Source: Tubiluchus corallicola
Lineage: Eukaryota; Animalia; Priapulida
Direction: 5' to 3'
Assembly: GCA_030141605.1 (NCBI GenBank)
Contig: JAQGDQ010001810.1
Span: 1 to 24,645 of the forward strand
DNA length: 24,645 nucleotides
In this document: positions 10,346 to 22,350 of the stretch, piece by piece
How the letters are laid out: each line of letters opens with the position of its first letter
Numbering within the stretch: the first letter of the stretch is position 1
Translations under genes and position numbers: made by a program
Notes under the pieces: generated by a model
What the model saw: the letters and a program-made list of their open reading frames with translations, nothing else
The model's database searches: none
Told to the model about the DNA's origin: nothing

Positions 10346-12043
10346 ACACCCTGTTCTAACTGAAGGCCAAAAGACTGATCAAAAACGTTTGTACAGCTTT
10401 AAAGCAATTTGTGTACCTCATGAAAGTGTGAGTCTCAAGAGAATATTACGTTAATATAAAGAATCATCCTATCAAATATGCGTGAATGATCATTACCAAC
10501 ATTGAGAGAACATTGTCAGAACGCTTACAGTACATTGCAATTATGAACTACATCAGACCAAGTTTATAATTAAAAACGGTCACAATTTATAATCAAAACT
10601 TTTCCACTTCGTTTCAGCCCATGATTATTCATGTTCTCGTGGTAGGCAGAGGTGAATAAAGCAATTGAAACTTAATAAATTGCATCACAGCAGAAATTCT
10701 ACCAAATTTGTGCACATATGGTAGAAACAAAAAGACCAAAAATTATGGAAAACACTAGTTCAGCTATTAACAGACTGTTTGTAGCCGAATAACCTAAATT
10801 AACCATTACTAATGTTAATAAAGTTTTAAATTTTTGCGCTTATTTCCACTATGACTGTGAAGCACAGGTGAAATAGTGCGAGTACATGCATAGGTACTTT
10901 ACAGTGACAGGACTTTGCCTCCTTAAGTTAAATAAGGTGAATAATTTTTGTTTTGTAACTACAAACACTACTACATGTACATGCAGTCCTATTTGTCTTA
11001 CCTATTATTTAATCTGAAGAACCTAAACCAGCAAATCACGGAAAATAGTGCGCGAGATTGAATTATCTTTTCGTAGGTATTTTGTCTCGAAAATAGACAT
11101 TGTGAATTCTTAAGTACAATATTCACGTTTACCTGTGTGTATCATTCTATGTGATTACATTATGTTTCAGTTATTAAAAGATAATTTTTTGTTATTTTAT
11201 GCCAGATTGAGGAAGCGACTACTATACATGCACTTAGTTGGCGAAAATTAACAGAACTTAATACAGTGCAATGAAATGTAAAAATAATTATGACGAATTT
11301 TGACTGCTATTGAGAAAATAAAAGTGAATTGAATTGAAGGTATAAATGAATAAATAGTAACTAAGACGGACGTTATTAATGACTGGCAGTTGCTAAGATT
11401 CAAATGACGCTTAAATATATTTTAATAAAGTACATTTAAATATTGTAGCAGGTTTTTTAATTTTTAATTTTGCTAAAACATCCAAAGAAAGTTACAATTA
11501 TGTAAAAAAATGAGTAAAAATGTTCTTATAGAGCTAAGAATTTTAAAATAAAACACTAGAAGCAACTTAGCCTGTACTTTGCTTAGTACATTTTTAAAAC
11601 AAATTATATTGAACAGCTTAGTGATATTGTGCTAGTATCTCTAATATTAAGGTATTATTAAGCTCCCAAATATAGCAAAGGACAAGTAACTTATCATGTT
11701 GGCTTTATATAACTGCTTTACTGGCTTAATTTTATTTTACTTTTTAAATTGAGTTGAAATGCAGTTTTACGAAGTAATAATGCACAAATAAAATAATAGT
11801 AAACGGTTAAAAAAGTGATGGAGCAGCAAGCGCTAACAAGGCAAAAAATCAGATGCACAAAATCACAATTACTTTCACTTTAATACAGTGACGTTAAAAG
11901 AATGTTACAAGATACACAAAATGAATTTTGCAAACTATAATTGTACAAAAACAATAATAAAACTGTTACAAAGCTTTAGTGTTGTTAGCTCTAACAGTTT
12001 TAAACAAAAAAGATAAGTTAGAGTAACCTTTGAGCAAACGAAT

Positions 12044-12475
12044 TCATTTTTGTAAGCATATTTTTAAAGCAAACAGTGTTACTATGCTTAACAGTAGCAT
12101 TAAGGCAGTATTAGAACGTTCACCATTTCGCAACACATTTTGCGGTGGACGTTCGATAATGTAACCTTTACTTTTAAATTTTTTATAACATTTGTTGAAA
12201 ATTGAATTTCGTGCGTGGCAGCAATTCTTGTAAAACTCTGCTGCTTGGTACTTGTACGGACTGCTTTCCTTTTCTTGACTAGCACATTTGTAGCACATGT
12301 TCTTGATTGACAGAAAATTTTTCCGTCCATTATTGTCATTTGACTCATCGTTGGCACAATATCCAATGTCCTTTTTCACAGAATTTTTTGGAACTTTTCG
12401 CAAGCAAGCATATGACTCTCCAATCGTGTGAACCAACAGAAATAAAAACGTGCAGTTTGAAAAAGCATTCATCAT
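12044..12475 (-). CDS. Uncharacterised 143-aa Cys-rich protein with predicted signal peptide and C-terminal hydrophobic (TM or GPI-signal) tail
   Basis: ATG-initiated non-repetitive ORF, long for this AT content. Hydrophobic N-terminus (TFLFLLVHTIGESYA), C...CxxC...CC...C core, hydrophobic C-terminus (ALMLLLSIVTLFAL), AT-rich UTR-like sequence downstream. Confidence 0.7.
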   Translation of the reverse strand: MMNAFSNCTFLFLLVHTIGESYACLRKVPKNSVKKDIGYCANDESNDNNGRKNFLSIKNMCYKCASQEKESSPYKYQAAEFYKNCCHARNSIFNKCYKKFKSKGYIIERPPQNVLRNGERSNTALMLLLSIVTLFALKICLQK

Positions 12476-13231
12476 AATAGCATAATAGCACTAGTCACTC
12501 TGCAGTCAATTCAACAGCATTCGTCAGAAGCTGGTGGAACTCAAGTAAGTGAAATGCACGATAGCAGTCTATTCAACATGCAGTAGTTAAAGAATGGAGT
12601 TATAGAAGCCGATTATTAAAAGAAACATTTAACATAAAGTGCAAAATTGCTTCCTTACATTATAAAAGATAATTATTTTTGCTATTTCCCTCACTATAGT
12701 TTTAAAACATAGCTGCGCTAAATAGAATTTTTCATTTTCTATACACAACTCATTGCACCAGAAAAACACTATTTGCTCTGCGATGACGTAACAATTCATT
12801 GTGACATCATAATCGTCATTAATCGTTACCGCAGTTTTGCAGCCTGTAAAAATTATTGCCACGACGTTAACAAGGCTGACATAAGCATTTGCAAAACAAT
12901 TTTGCTTGCAGGTTAAACAGTAGAATATCATGGCCTACATGTGCTTAATTATCAATGTCTGAACCAGGAACGCAGAACGAGATCGGTTATTCTCTTTCTA
13001 TATTTTCAGCTAGCTCGGTCGTCGATGATGCGTGTATCATAACAATTATCATTATGGATTTACTCTCGAATATTAGTCATCACTGTATCAACATCGGGAA
13101 ATTTACTGTAGACCTGTTTCCTAGACAACACCATCTCACACGATCCTCATCTGAAACTCCCTTCCAAATAACCATACTTCTTTTATTTTCATAATAAGGA
13201 CTATGCAGTAAAATATGCCAAGTGGTAAGGA

Positions 13232-13232
<1 letters not shown>

Positions 13233-13307
<75 letters not shown>
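13233..13307. repeat. (ATT)25 microsatellite
   Basis: Perfect trinucleotide run. Confidence 0.97.
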
Positions 13308-13379
13308 GATATCATTGCTATGGGTCTATAACTGCCAACCTTTTCAAAAACCTTTCTTTATGAATCAACTTAACTAAAC

Positions 13380-13645
13380 CACTCTTCCACCCAATAAAGA
13401 ACACATTTAGATGTTAAGACAATGTTAAAATCTTTCTCAAATGCCCTTTTGTTTTACCATTTAAACCCGGAATAAATTCGCCAGCAATTTGGCATATGCT
13501 TTACCTCTTTTAATTCCTTTGAAACTATTTTCTAGTTCAGTTTGAGAAATCTCTTGCATTAAACCAGAATCTTCAAGCAGCTGCTCCAAAGACTCATCAC
13601 ACACTTCTGTCAAGTGGACATCACCTGATTTTTGAAATATACTAC
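13380..13645 (-). mobile_element. Degenerate LINE ORF2 fragment (region just before the RT domain)
   Basis: Minus-strand translation contains LMQEISQTELENSFKGIKRGKA, resembling the I-s-x-x-E-l...K-x-GKA(PG) motif, followed by stops. Confidence 0.4.
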
Positions 13646-13647
13646 CA

Positions 13648-13875
13648 AAAGTAGCTCAATGGTAGTGCTTTCACTTACCACTCATGATGTTGTGAGTTCC
13701 ACTCTTGATATATTCACACCAAAGACTTGAAAAATGGTACCGCAGGTTCTTTGACCAAGTATACCGGTTTATTGAAGTAATATGCGGGTAATAATAATTC
13801 AGATCACCTCGGAAATAAGTAATAAGTTACGTAATGTGTTATCTTTGACTATACCTTAAACGAAACTATCATTAT
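13648..13875 (+). mobile_element. tRNA-derived SINE (old copy)
   Basis: A-box TAGCTCAATGG at 13652, B-box-like GAGTTCCACTC near 13694, then CACACCAAAGACTTGAAAAATGGTACC resembling a conserved invertebrate SINE core. The 3' end is approximate. Confidence 0.65.
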
Positions 13876-14547
13876 TCTAACTCGTAACAGCTCATCAGCT
13901 ACTGAATCTTTTTGGTCATCTGTATTTTTCATTATTAAAATGTAGGTCAGCAAAAAGTCTCCAGAAAGATAAGCTATATCTATAATATTAATAATGTAAT
14001 TATGTAATATAAATGTAATGTAAAAACTAACATAAATACTGCAGCTATGTACATTAAATTTAATTTCATAAAAAAAGTGGTAAATTATAGTGATATAGGG
14101 GTGACTGCTTCAGTCTTTCATTACCCCGTCTCTAGTTTCATATATTAATCAAAGTTTTTTTAATGTATTTTATTACATGAAAAAAAGGGATAAATGAATT
14201 CCTTGAATTTACCCATTTTCATATAACGTTATTACCTTACTACTAACAGAAAAATAATAGAAAGATTGGCAATGGATTCAAAATGCTGTCGTCATTCTGG
14301 ATTTAGTCGGTACACTTTATGGCCGAATTTCCTCTCTTGTAAGCTTCTAACGTTCGCACTTGGTGTTTTGTGTCTGATGGTGTATAAAGCTTGTCGACAT
14401 TTAAATGTATTGCAGTTTTTTTTTCAACGTTACCGTTTTTGCTACGTAATGCGCCTATATTTTAATTTTCTGGTTTATTACCTTTCTCGGAACTATTTTC
14501 AAGTAAATAATTTCATTGTTGATCTCAGGTGCATTTTTGCTTAATAA

Positions 14548-14676
<129 letters not shown>

Positions 14677-14879
14677 TAAATTATAAATCTCTTCTTGCAC
14701 GTGGCTTTAATAATTTTTTGAATGTGTTTTTAGAGACGATCTTGCTTCGCTTCCTCACCAAGCCACTTATCAGTATATGTATCAGTCTCTACACAAAAAT
14801 GTTTGAATATATATACTGATAATGCCATTTTTGCGTTTCTTGTTCATGGAATATCAGTATTTGGTTAGAGAAATTTATT

Positions 14880-15320
14880 TTAAAATTCTGTGGGAGCCCC
14901 GCATAAGACAGGATTCTATCCGCACATTAGAGAAAATTCAACAAAGAATGACCAGATTTATTCCAGGGTTGAGTAACTTAACTTATTCACAAAGATTTCA
15001 AGAAGTTGATCTACCCACACTTAAGTATAGGCGCACGAGACAGTGCATGAAATAAACTTTTAGTGTTCTCCATGGTAGTGACAAAAACTTGCATGGATGA
15101 TAATGATACAAGATGTCAACAACAATAGATAAGAGGACATTCATATGTACAAACTACACAAGCATCTTATCCAAAGCAGTTAGTCAAAACGAGAGCAAAC
15201 GATTTTCATTCAGAGTTGTCGATCCATGGAACAGGCTTCAAGCAAATGTAGTTGAAGCATTGAGCAACTAAAGGGCATGTCTTGATAAGCATTGTCAGCA
15301 GTATCCATCACAATTTATAA
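14880..15320 (+). mobile_element. CR1-clade LINE 3' fragment (degenerate ORF2 C-terminus)
   Basis: WEPRIRQDSIRTLEKIQQRMTRFIPGLSNLTYSQRFQEVDLPTLKYRR, then RGHS and FSFRVVDPWNRLQANVVEA...LDKH with stops and frameshifts; typical CR1 post-RT motifs. Confidence 0.85.
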
Positions 15321-16329
15321 ATAGATTCCATGTTAACTCAATGGTAACAAAATGTCTAATGGCATGACCTTCCTCTATCTACGTTGGTACCACTATATTA
15401 ACTTCTCAGTTACAGCAAGTTTAGTATAGAGGAAGTGTAAACAGCGCATAGATCTGCTAACAATTTGGATTATCTCTGGATTATGGTTGATGGATTTGCT
15501 TAGTTCGTACTGGGCAATTGACAGAAACAGTTACTTTATGAATGTTTTATGTCAGATTCTTTTCAGAAATATCGCTGATATTAGCCTTAATTATCTTCAG
15601 TTTAGGATTTTTGCACTAAACCCCGAATTTTGATTATTTTTAGATTAGTCACAAAAATCGTAACCTAAAACGATTGAAGTTCCGATACAAGAACTGCAAC
15701 TAAAAAACTAGCACTGTGTGAAAATGTAATAGCACCTGTCTAGTAAAATTTTGTTAATACCATTTTTGGCATTTTGCAAAAGAGAAACATTAGCTGATGG
15801 ATTAAAGAAAATAAAATAAACATAAAGAATTCTAAAACAACGAAGAAATTCTGCACACATTTATATTATACTACAGGACTGCCACTTGTAGGCAGTAGCA
15901 TGCTAATTGCTAGAAATGTACTCATATCTCGGTTTGTCGGACAAAAGTGGGGAGTTGGTCTGAATTTGCCATAACTGACCTATTGCAGTAATGTCGTGTA
16001 TTAGACTCACATTAAAGAAGAATTAATTGCTTAATTGTCTCAAAAACATCTAGCACTTCTATGCAAAACTATGTAAAAACTACCGGCAACATAACTCTGC
16101 ATAATTGTCTCTATATTTTTTCTGCACATGCTTAAATGAGATACTTTTATTCGGCCAATGAGCTTTCACTATTTTTATGTCATCTTACTTCTCTTTTGTG
16201 CACTATGATACATGTTAGCAAGCTTTATCATGTGCTAATAATTATGCTGGCCTGGTGGTTTTGTCTTGAATGTGTGTTACCCACACGTCATAATTAACCT
16301 CATTATGCAAGAATTCTTGGGGGCTAAAC

Positions 16330-16766
16330 CAGGGATGAGAATTTTCCGCGGATACACGAAATTCGGAGTTTTTGGAAGGCCAGTAGTGCCGTTTTTGTAA
16401 ATCGCGTAAATTCGTTGAGAAAATTTTCACGGACCCAGTACATTATTTCACAAGCTGACCGCTAGTTGGCAGGCCGTCACTTTATCAATTGTAGGCAATT
16501 GTTTTTATATACTTTTGCGTAGGAGCGACCAGTACTTAGGCAATTAGGTATCAATTTTGAGACAATTAGGTATCATGTATGCTTGACAATTATTTTAAAT
16601 TATGCATGAAACAAGGTAATTGATATCTTAAGTCCACTTAGAGGCTCTCCATGGTCACAAAATTGCAATTTGTTGCTGGCTCCCCTTGAACTCCATTGGG
16701 GGACTAGGTGGCCCCAAAACCCCCACCTGTTTCAGAGTTTTTTACAATTTGTCATTCTCATCCCTG
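16330..16766. mobile_element. hAT MITE, 437 bp
   Basis: Perfect 13-bp TIR CAGGGATGAGAAT / ATTCTCATCCCTG and perfect 8-bp TSD GGCTAAAC (16322-16329, 16767-16774). Confidence 0.92.
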
Positions 16767-16944
16767 GGCTAAACATTTTAGTGATACAAGTGCGTACTGT
16801 ACTGTTTTGTCGATTAAACTGCTGTTAGAAGATTAAAGTTTTAATCACTTGTGCAGTGGTTTCCATTGAAACTCCAATAATATTTAATTAGTTAACTGTT
16901 GCTGTTATGCCCACGGATGCAGGTACTGTACAGTAGGTAGTGTA

Positions 16945-17056
16945 GGTATCTGGCAGTATTCCGTGTGACTTACATACTGTACAGTAATCTGGTAATATTC
17001 TGTGTTACTTACATACTGTACAGTAATCTGGTAGTATTCCGTGTGACTTACATACG
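16945..17056. repeat. 39-bp tandem repeat, about 3 copies
   Basis: Unit ATACTGTACAGTAATCTGGTARTATTCYGTGTKACTTAC containing the palindrome TACTGTACAGTA. Confidence 0.85.
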
Positions 17057-17179
17057 TATTGTGAAAGTCATGTTTAAAGTTGTAGATCACTCACTTTGTA
17101 GAACAAGAATAAAAAACTATACTACATATTTGCACAGAAAAGTGTTTATTAAACTACATACACATAAGTAGAATGACTG

Positions 17180-17404
17180 CTGCACTGAACACTGCGAATG
17201 AGAGTCTCCTGCACTGAACACTGAGAATGAGAGTGTCCTGCACTGAACACTGAGAGTGAGAGTGTCCTGCACTGAACACTGAGAATGAGAGTGTCCTGCA
17301 CTGAACACTGAGAGTGAGAGTGTCCTGCACTGAACACTGAGAATGAGAGTCCTGCACTGAACACTGAGAATGAGAGTCTCCTGCACTGAACACTGAGAGT
17401 GAGA
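17180..17404. repeat. 29-bp minisatellite (CTGCACTGAACACTGAGARTGAGAGTGTC), about 8 copies
   Basis: Units at 17180, 17209, 17238 and onward; one 27-bp variant. Confidence 0.93.
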
Positions 17405-18211
17405 CAGTGACTAGAAAGTAAAACCAGTCAGTATATATAGGTATAGGTGAGCTATGCAGACTTGCAAAGGCTTCACAAAAACCATTACTTTAAAATAGGG
17501 GGAGAACCAGTGAATATGCATTCACTGGACCGTACAATTATCCTGGGGGAAAGTTAGCTGTTGGAATGTAACAGGATTAGTTCATAGATGGCAGCATCTA
17601 ATTAAAAATGTACAATTACAACTTCCACACGTATGAAAATCATAGAGTAGCGGCCAGTTCACGAAACAATGAACTGTGTCCATAATATACAGAACTTTTT
17701 AACGCACCAGATTTTGTTCGATTTTTCCGACATTCGTAAAAGCTAGGCCCAGCAAACTAAGATATAAGTGTACACACTGTATATTGCATTTAATGTGGTT
17801 ATGTGCACATTAATTATTTACGAATTTCCTCATAAGTTGGCTGCATCAGAAATTGTTTTTATTGACATCTAATGGGGCAATTGCAAACATAAAATAATAC
17901 AACACTAGAGTTCTCAAACAAATTAATCCCTTAGCAAGCTAAATATTGGTTAAACACGGTACCAATTTTGAGAATTAACGTGCAATAATATAGTAACAAT
18001 ATTATTAAAGAAGTACTAGTTAAGAATTTATACGTGATTCCTGCAAGTTAAATGGCAAGTATATGACATGTTAAGCACTGACATTCACAGAAGGCGTTTT
18101 TCAAATATTTGTGCACGGAAAATTTAAATTTGTTTAACTAAATAATTCCTTGGATGAGCGGTTGTATTGACATGAACTGATGACAATAAATTGAATTTTT
18201 ATGATTAAGAA

Positions 18212-20334
18212 TCTACTATTATATTAATATTCTTGGTATATATATATATTTATTTATTTATATATATATAAGATTCGAGGCTACAGCTTCGACGAGGGCA
18301 CCATTTGCGGCGATCTATATATCAAACGAAAGGTCTCGATCTAGTGTCGTCTCATTGATGGTTTATTTTTCGAATGGGGCCCACCGGGAGGAAGGGGGGG
18401 CGAAAAACCTCCAAAAATGGCCATTTTTCGGCCGTTTTTTGCAAAAGTTATACGGCTGAGATGTAGAGAACGGGAACGGGCCGAGGGTGGTGCTGGGTAT
18501 GGATAGATAGCCCGTTCAGCGGTGGGTGTCATAGGCCTATTTAGAATTCCCGAGAGGGCCACGGCGTCCCGCAACGGGCGTTTTCCCGGACCCAACTCGC
18601 GATTTTTTCGAAATTTTGACCAAACAGCATGCGGGAAAAACGTTCTAGCGGCGCCTGGTGGGACTCTCGGAAGGAGATATATAGCTCTTTACAAAGAGGA
18701 AGGACAGGGCTACACGATGATGTGGGATATATTTTAGGGCAGGTCCACCGAGAGGAGTATCAACGAGTTAGTTAGGAGTTCTATTTTCGGCAATTTTCAC
18801 TTAGAAAATTGCTGACGCAAAGGCATTGTTGTGACGTCATCCATTGTACTCTGTCTATAATCTTATAACTTTAATTCAGCAAAAAGCTACAGGCTTTGCG
18901 TTAGTTAGACAAACGGCAGGCACGATGTTAAGGGCTTTGTGTTATAAATGAGGACTAGGTAGGATGTTCGCGTATTATTGATTACGCGTGGTTTTTTACG
19001 CAAAATCTTTTGCGGGGCCTTTGTTATTTATTATATTATAGCACATAGTTTCAACTTTGTGAAAAATGTTTGGAATGGTTTTGTTGTAATGCTGTGTTGT
19101 TGGTGCTTGTGCTATAGGTGTCATCATCATTGCCACCATCATCATCATGATCACCACGTGAGGTGGTGGATTTGATGTGGTGTGGTGGTGGTGTGTTTTG
19201 TGTGTTGTGCTATGGATGGTGTGGTGGGGTGATAGGGTGTGTGGGGTGTGGTGTGGGTAGTGTGGTATGGAGTGGGTGGCGTGGTGTGTGGGTGGGTGGG
19301 TGTTGTGGTGCAGTGTGGTGTTATGGTGTGGTGCAGTGTGGTGTGATGTGGTGGAGTATTATGGTGTGGGTGGTGTGGTGTGGGTGGTGAGGTGTGGTGG
19401 TATGGTGTGGTGCAGTGTGGTGTGATGTGGTGGAGTCGTATGGTGTGGTGTGGTGTGTGGGTGGTGCGGTGTGCTGCAGTGGTATGGTGTTGTGCGGTGT
19501 GGTGTGATGTGGTGGAGTGGTATGGTGTGGGTGGTGTGGTGTGTAGGTGGGTGGGTGGTGTGGTGCAGTGTGGTGTTATGGTGTGGTGCTGTGCAGTGTG
19601 ATGTGGTGGAGTCGTATGGTGTGGGTGGTGTGGTGTGGTGTGTGGGTGGTGCGGTGTGTGCTGTGGTATGGTGTGGTGCAGTGTGGTGTGATGTGGTGGA
19701 GTGGTATGGTGTGGGTGGTGTGGTGTGTAGGTGGTATGGTGTGGTGCGGTGCGGTGTGGTGGTATTGTGTGGTGCAGTGTGGTGTTATGGTGTGGTGCAG
19801 TGTGGTGTGATGTGGTGGAGTATTATGGTGGGGGTGGTGTAGTGTGTGGGTGGTGCGGTGTGGTGTGGTGCAGTGGTATGGTGTGGTGTGGTGCAGTGTG
19901 GTGTGATGTGGTGGAGTCGTATGGTGTGGGTGGTGTGATGTGGTGTGTGGGTGGTGCGGTGTGCTGCAGTGGTATGGTGTGGTGCGGTGTGGTGTGATGT
20001 GGTGGAGTGGTATGGTGTGGGTGGTGTGGTGTGTAGGTGGGTGGGTGGTGTGGTGCAGTGTGGTGTTATGGTGTGGTGCTGTGCGGTGTGATGTGGTGGA
20101 GTATTATGGTGTGGGTGGTGCAATGGTATGGTGTGGTGCAGTGTGGTGTGATGTGGTGGAGTGGTATGGTGTGGGTGGTGTGGTGTGTAGGTGGTATGGT
20201 GTGGTGCCGTGCGGTGTGGTGTGCGTGAGGTGGAGTGGTATGGTGTGGTGCAGTGTGGTGTGATGTGGTGGAGTGGTGTGGTGTGGGTTGTGTGTTGATT
20301 TGTGCACAAAATTCTTTTTGTGGGGTTTGGCTAG
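18212..20334 (+). mobile_element. Non-autonomous Helitron-like element, copy 1 (2.1 kb)
   Basis: 5' a|TCTACTATTATATTAATA; 3' hairpin CACAAAA-TTCT-TTTTGTG (20305-20322), 8-nt spacer, then CTAG|t; no TSD. Confidence 0.7.
19160..20295. repeat. GT-rich complex minisatellite inside the Helitron-like element
   Basis: Recurring GGTGTGGTGCAGTGTGGTGTGATGTGGTGGAGTGGTAT modules; strongly strand-asymmetric. Confidence 0.93.
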
Positions 20335-21270
20335 TCTCTTATATTAATATTCTTGGTATATATATATATTTATTTATTTATTTATATATATATAAGATTC
20401 GAGGCTACAGCCCGGACGAGGGCACCATTTGCGGCGATCTATATATCAAACGAAAGGTCTCGATCTAGTGTCGTGCCATTGATGGTTTATTTTTCGAATT
20501 GGGCCCACCGGGAGGAAGGGGGGGCGAAAAACCTCCAAAAATGGCCATTTTTCGGCCGTTTTTTGCAAAAGTTATACGGCTGAGATGTAGAGAACGGGAA
20601 CGGGCCGAGGGTGGTGCTGGGTATGGATAGATAGCCCGTTCAGCGGTGGGTGTAGTAGGCCTATTTAGAATTCGCGAGAGGGCCAGGGCGCCCCGCAACG
20701 GGCGTTTTCCCGGACCCAACTCGCGACTTTTTCGAAATTTTGACCAAACAGCCTGTGGAAAAAACGTTCTAGCGTCGCCCGGTGGGACTCTCGGAAGGAG
20801 ATATATAGCTCTTTACAAAGAGGAAGAACAGGGCTACACGATGATGTGGGCTATATGTTAGGGCAGGTCCACCGAGAGGAGTATTGGCGAGTTAATTGGG
20901 AGTTCCATTTTCGGCAATTTTCGCTTAGAAAACTGTTGACGCAAAGGCATTGTTGTGACGTCATCCATTGTATTCTGTCTATAATCTTATAGCTTTAATT
21001 CAGCAAAAAGCTGCCTGCTACGGGTTTGCGTTAGTTAAACAAACAGTAGGCATGATGTTACGGGCTTTGCGTTATACATGAGGACTAGGTAGGATGTTCG
21101 CGTATTATTGATTACACGTGTATTTATACGCAAAATCTTTTGCGGGGCGTTTGCTATTTATTATATTATAGCACATAGTTTCAACTTTGTGAAAAATGTT
21201 TGGAATGGTTTTGTTGTAATGCTGTGCTGTTGGTGCTTGTGCTATAGGTGTCGTCATCGTTGCCACCACA
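20335..21270 (+). mobile_element. Helitron-like element, copy 2, head-to-tail with copy 1; 3' end not located
   Basis: Starts TCTCTTATATTAATATTCTTGG immediately after the CTAG of copy 1. About 930 bp direct repeat of 18212-19140 with scattered substitutions, diverging where the GT array would begin. Confidence 0.7.
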
Positions 21271-21763
21271 CCACCGTAACCATTATTAAAGTAAAAGCAA
21301 GCAGTTGAGCAGCCTGCTTGAATATATGCATTATGCAAATACAAGTAATTAACAATGACCACGTACAAACTAGGTTAATAATGTTTCTAATACACCACAA
21401 GTAATTGTTTAATCTAATCGATACATAAGCAATCATAAATTCACAATAGAGATGGGCGGGACAGAACGTAGCGCATCGTAGCGTCTTGATACGCTCCTGG
21501 GCATGAAGAGGTCTGAGTGTGTTAATAAAAACAAAACAATTGCATTAAAGATAGAAAAATGTAAATACTCTGAAATTTCTCTTAAAATTATCACATGAAA
21601 TAAATGCAACAAAATTGGAAATAAAAATAAACGAATGTATATAAATCACTTGCTCTAAATCACACTAACACACTAGTTATGACTTATTTGTTAAACAGGA
21701 ATTGCTCTGAAAAGCAGGAAGTCACTTTTTTGCTTACTTGTACCAAAGCTAATGTGTCTCAAG

Positions 21764-22060
21764 CAATGGCAGCTCATGTATAGGCACTGTGGAACTGCAG
21801 CGCCACCTATTTTCATTTGATATTATCGATAACATTCAATATAATGAGTCTTTTTTTCTTTATACTTGGAACATTATATAATCCTTAAGCTTAATGTCAG
21901 TAGCCATTCTCTAGTTCATAGAAAAATTACAAAAATCATTTTATTCTCAGTTCCAATGATGCGGTGATTGGCTGTTGTGCGCATGCGGCCATGACCACAT
22001 GTCTGACGTAAGAAGCTGCACGATAAATATATATAGAGAGAGTGCTTTGTCGCTCACATA
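21764..22060 (+). mobile_element. Left half of the hAT-like MITE family seen at 9288-9800
   Basis: Begins CAATGGCAGCTCATGTATAGGCAC; blocks align by eye with 9300-9390 and 9443-9527. Confidence 0.7.
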
Positions 22061-22063
22061 GTT

Positions 22064-22310
22064 AAAGTTGTGCAAGTGTAAGGTAAAGAGTTGTGCAAGT
22101 GTAAGGTAAAGTGTTGTGCAAGTGTAAGGTAGAGTTGTGCATGTGTAAGGTAAAGAGTTGTGCAAGTGTAAGGTAGAGTTGTGCAAGTGTAAGGTAAAGA
22201 GTTGTGCAAGTGTAAGGTAGAGTTGTGCAAGTGTAAGGTAGAGTTGTGCAAGTGTAAGGTAAAGAGTTGTGCAAGTGTAAGGTAGAGTTGTGCAAGTGTA
22301 AGGTAAAGAG
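22064..22310 (-). repeat. 21/23-bp minisatellite (GAGTTGTGCAAGTGTAAGGTA[AA]), about 11 copies
   Basis: Reverse complement of the array at 23538-24645. Confidence 0.93.
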
Positions 22311-22350
22311 GCGAAGTGTGGTAAAGTGTTGTTAGTTGATAGTAGAAGTA

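Noticed and set aside
12955-13230. Possible nuclease or retroelement remnant beside the (ATT)n run
   Set aside because: Minus-strand frames are interrupted and give no motif I can identify with confidence.
13651-13710. tRNA gene
   Set aside because: A and B boxes are present but no convincing cloverleaf, and it continues into SINE-like body sequence.
17050-17130. Possible small minus-strand exon next to the 39-bp repeat
   Set aside because: Splice-like motifs exist but there is no recognisable peptide or partner exon.
17506-17528. Hairpin CCAGTGAAT-ATGC-ATTCACTGG
   Set aside because: Isolated 9-bp stem with no supporting context; plausible by chance or as a TE remnant.
19163-20309. Many overlapping Val/Trp/Cys/Gly and His/Thr/Pro ORFs
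   Set aside because: Artefacts of the GT-rich low-complexity array, open in most frames.
18341-20861. Paired short ORFs (18341..18595/20465..20719 and 18522..18737/20646..20861)
   Set aside because: They recur only because the element is duplicated; no recognisable domain.
18212-21270. LTR retrotransposon or TRIM reading of the two ~930-bp direct repeats
   Set aside because: No TG...CA ends, PBS, PPT or TSD seen; TC start, hairpin and CTAG fit a Helitron better.
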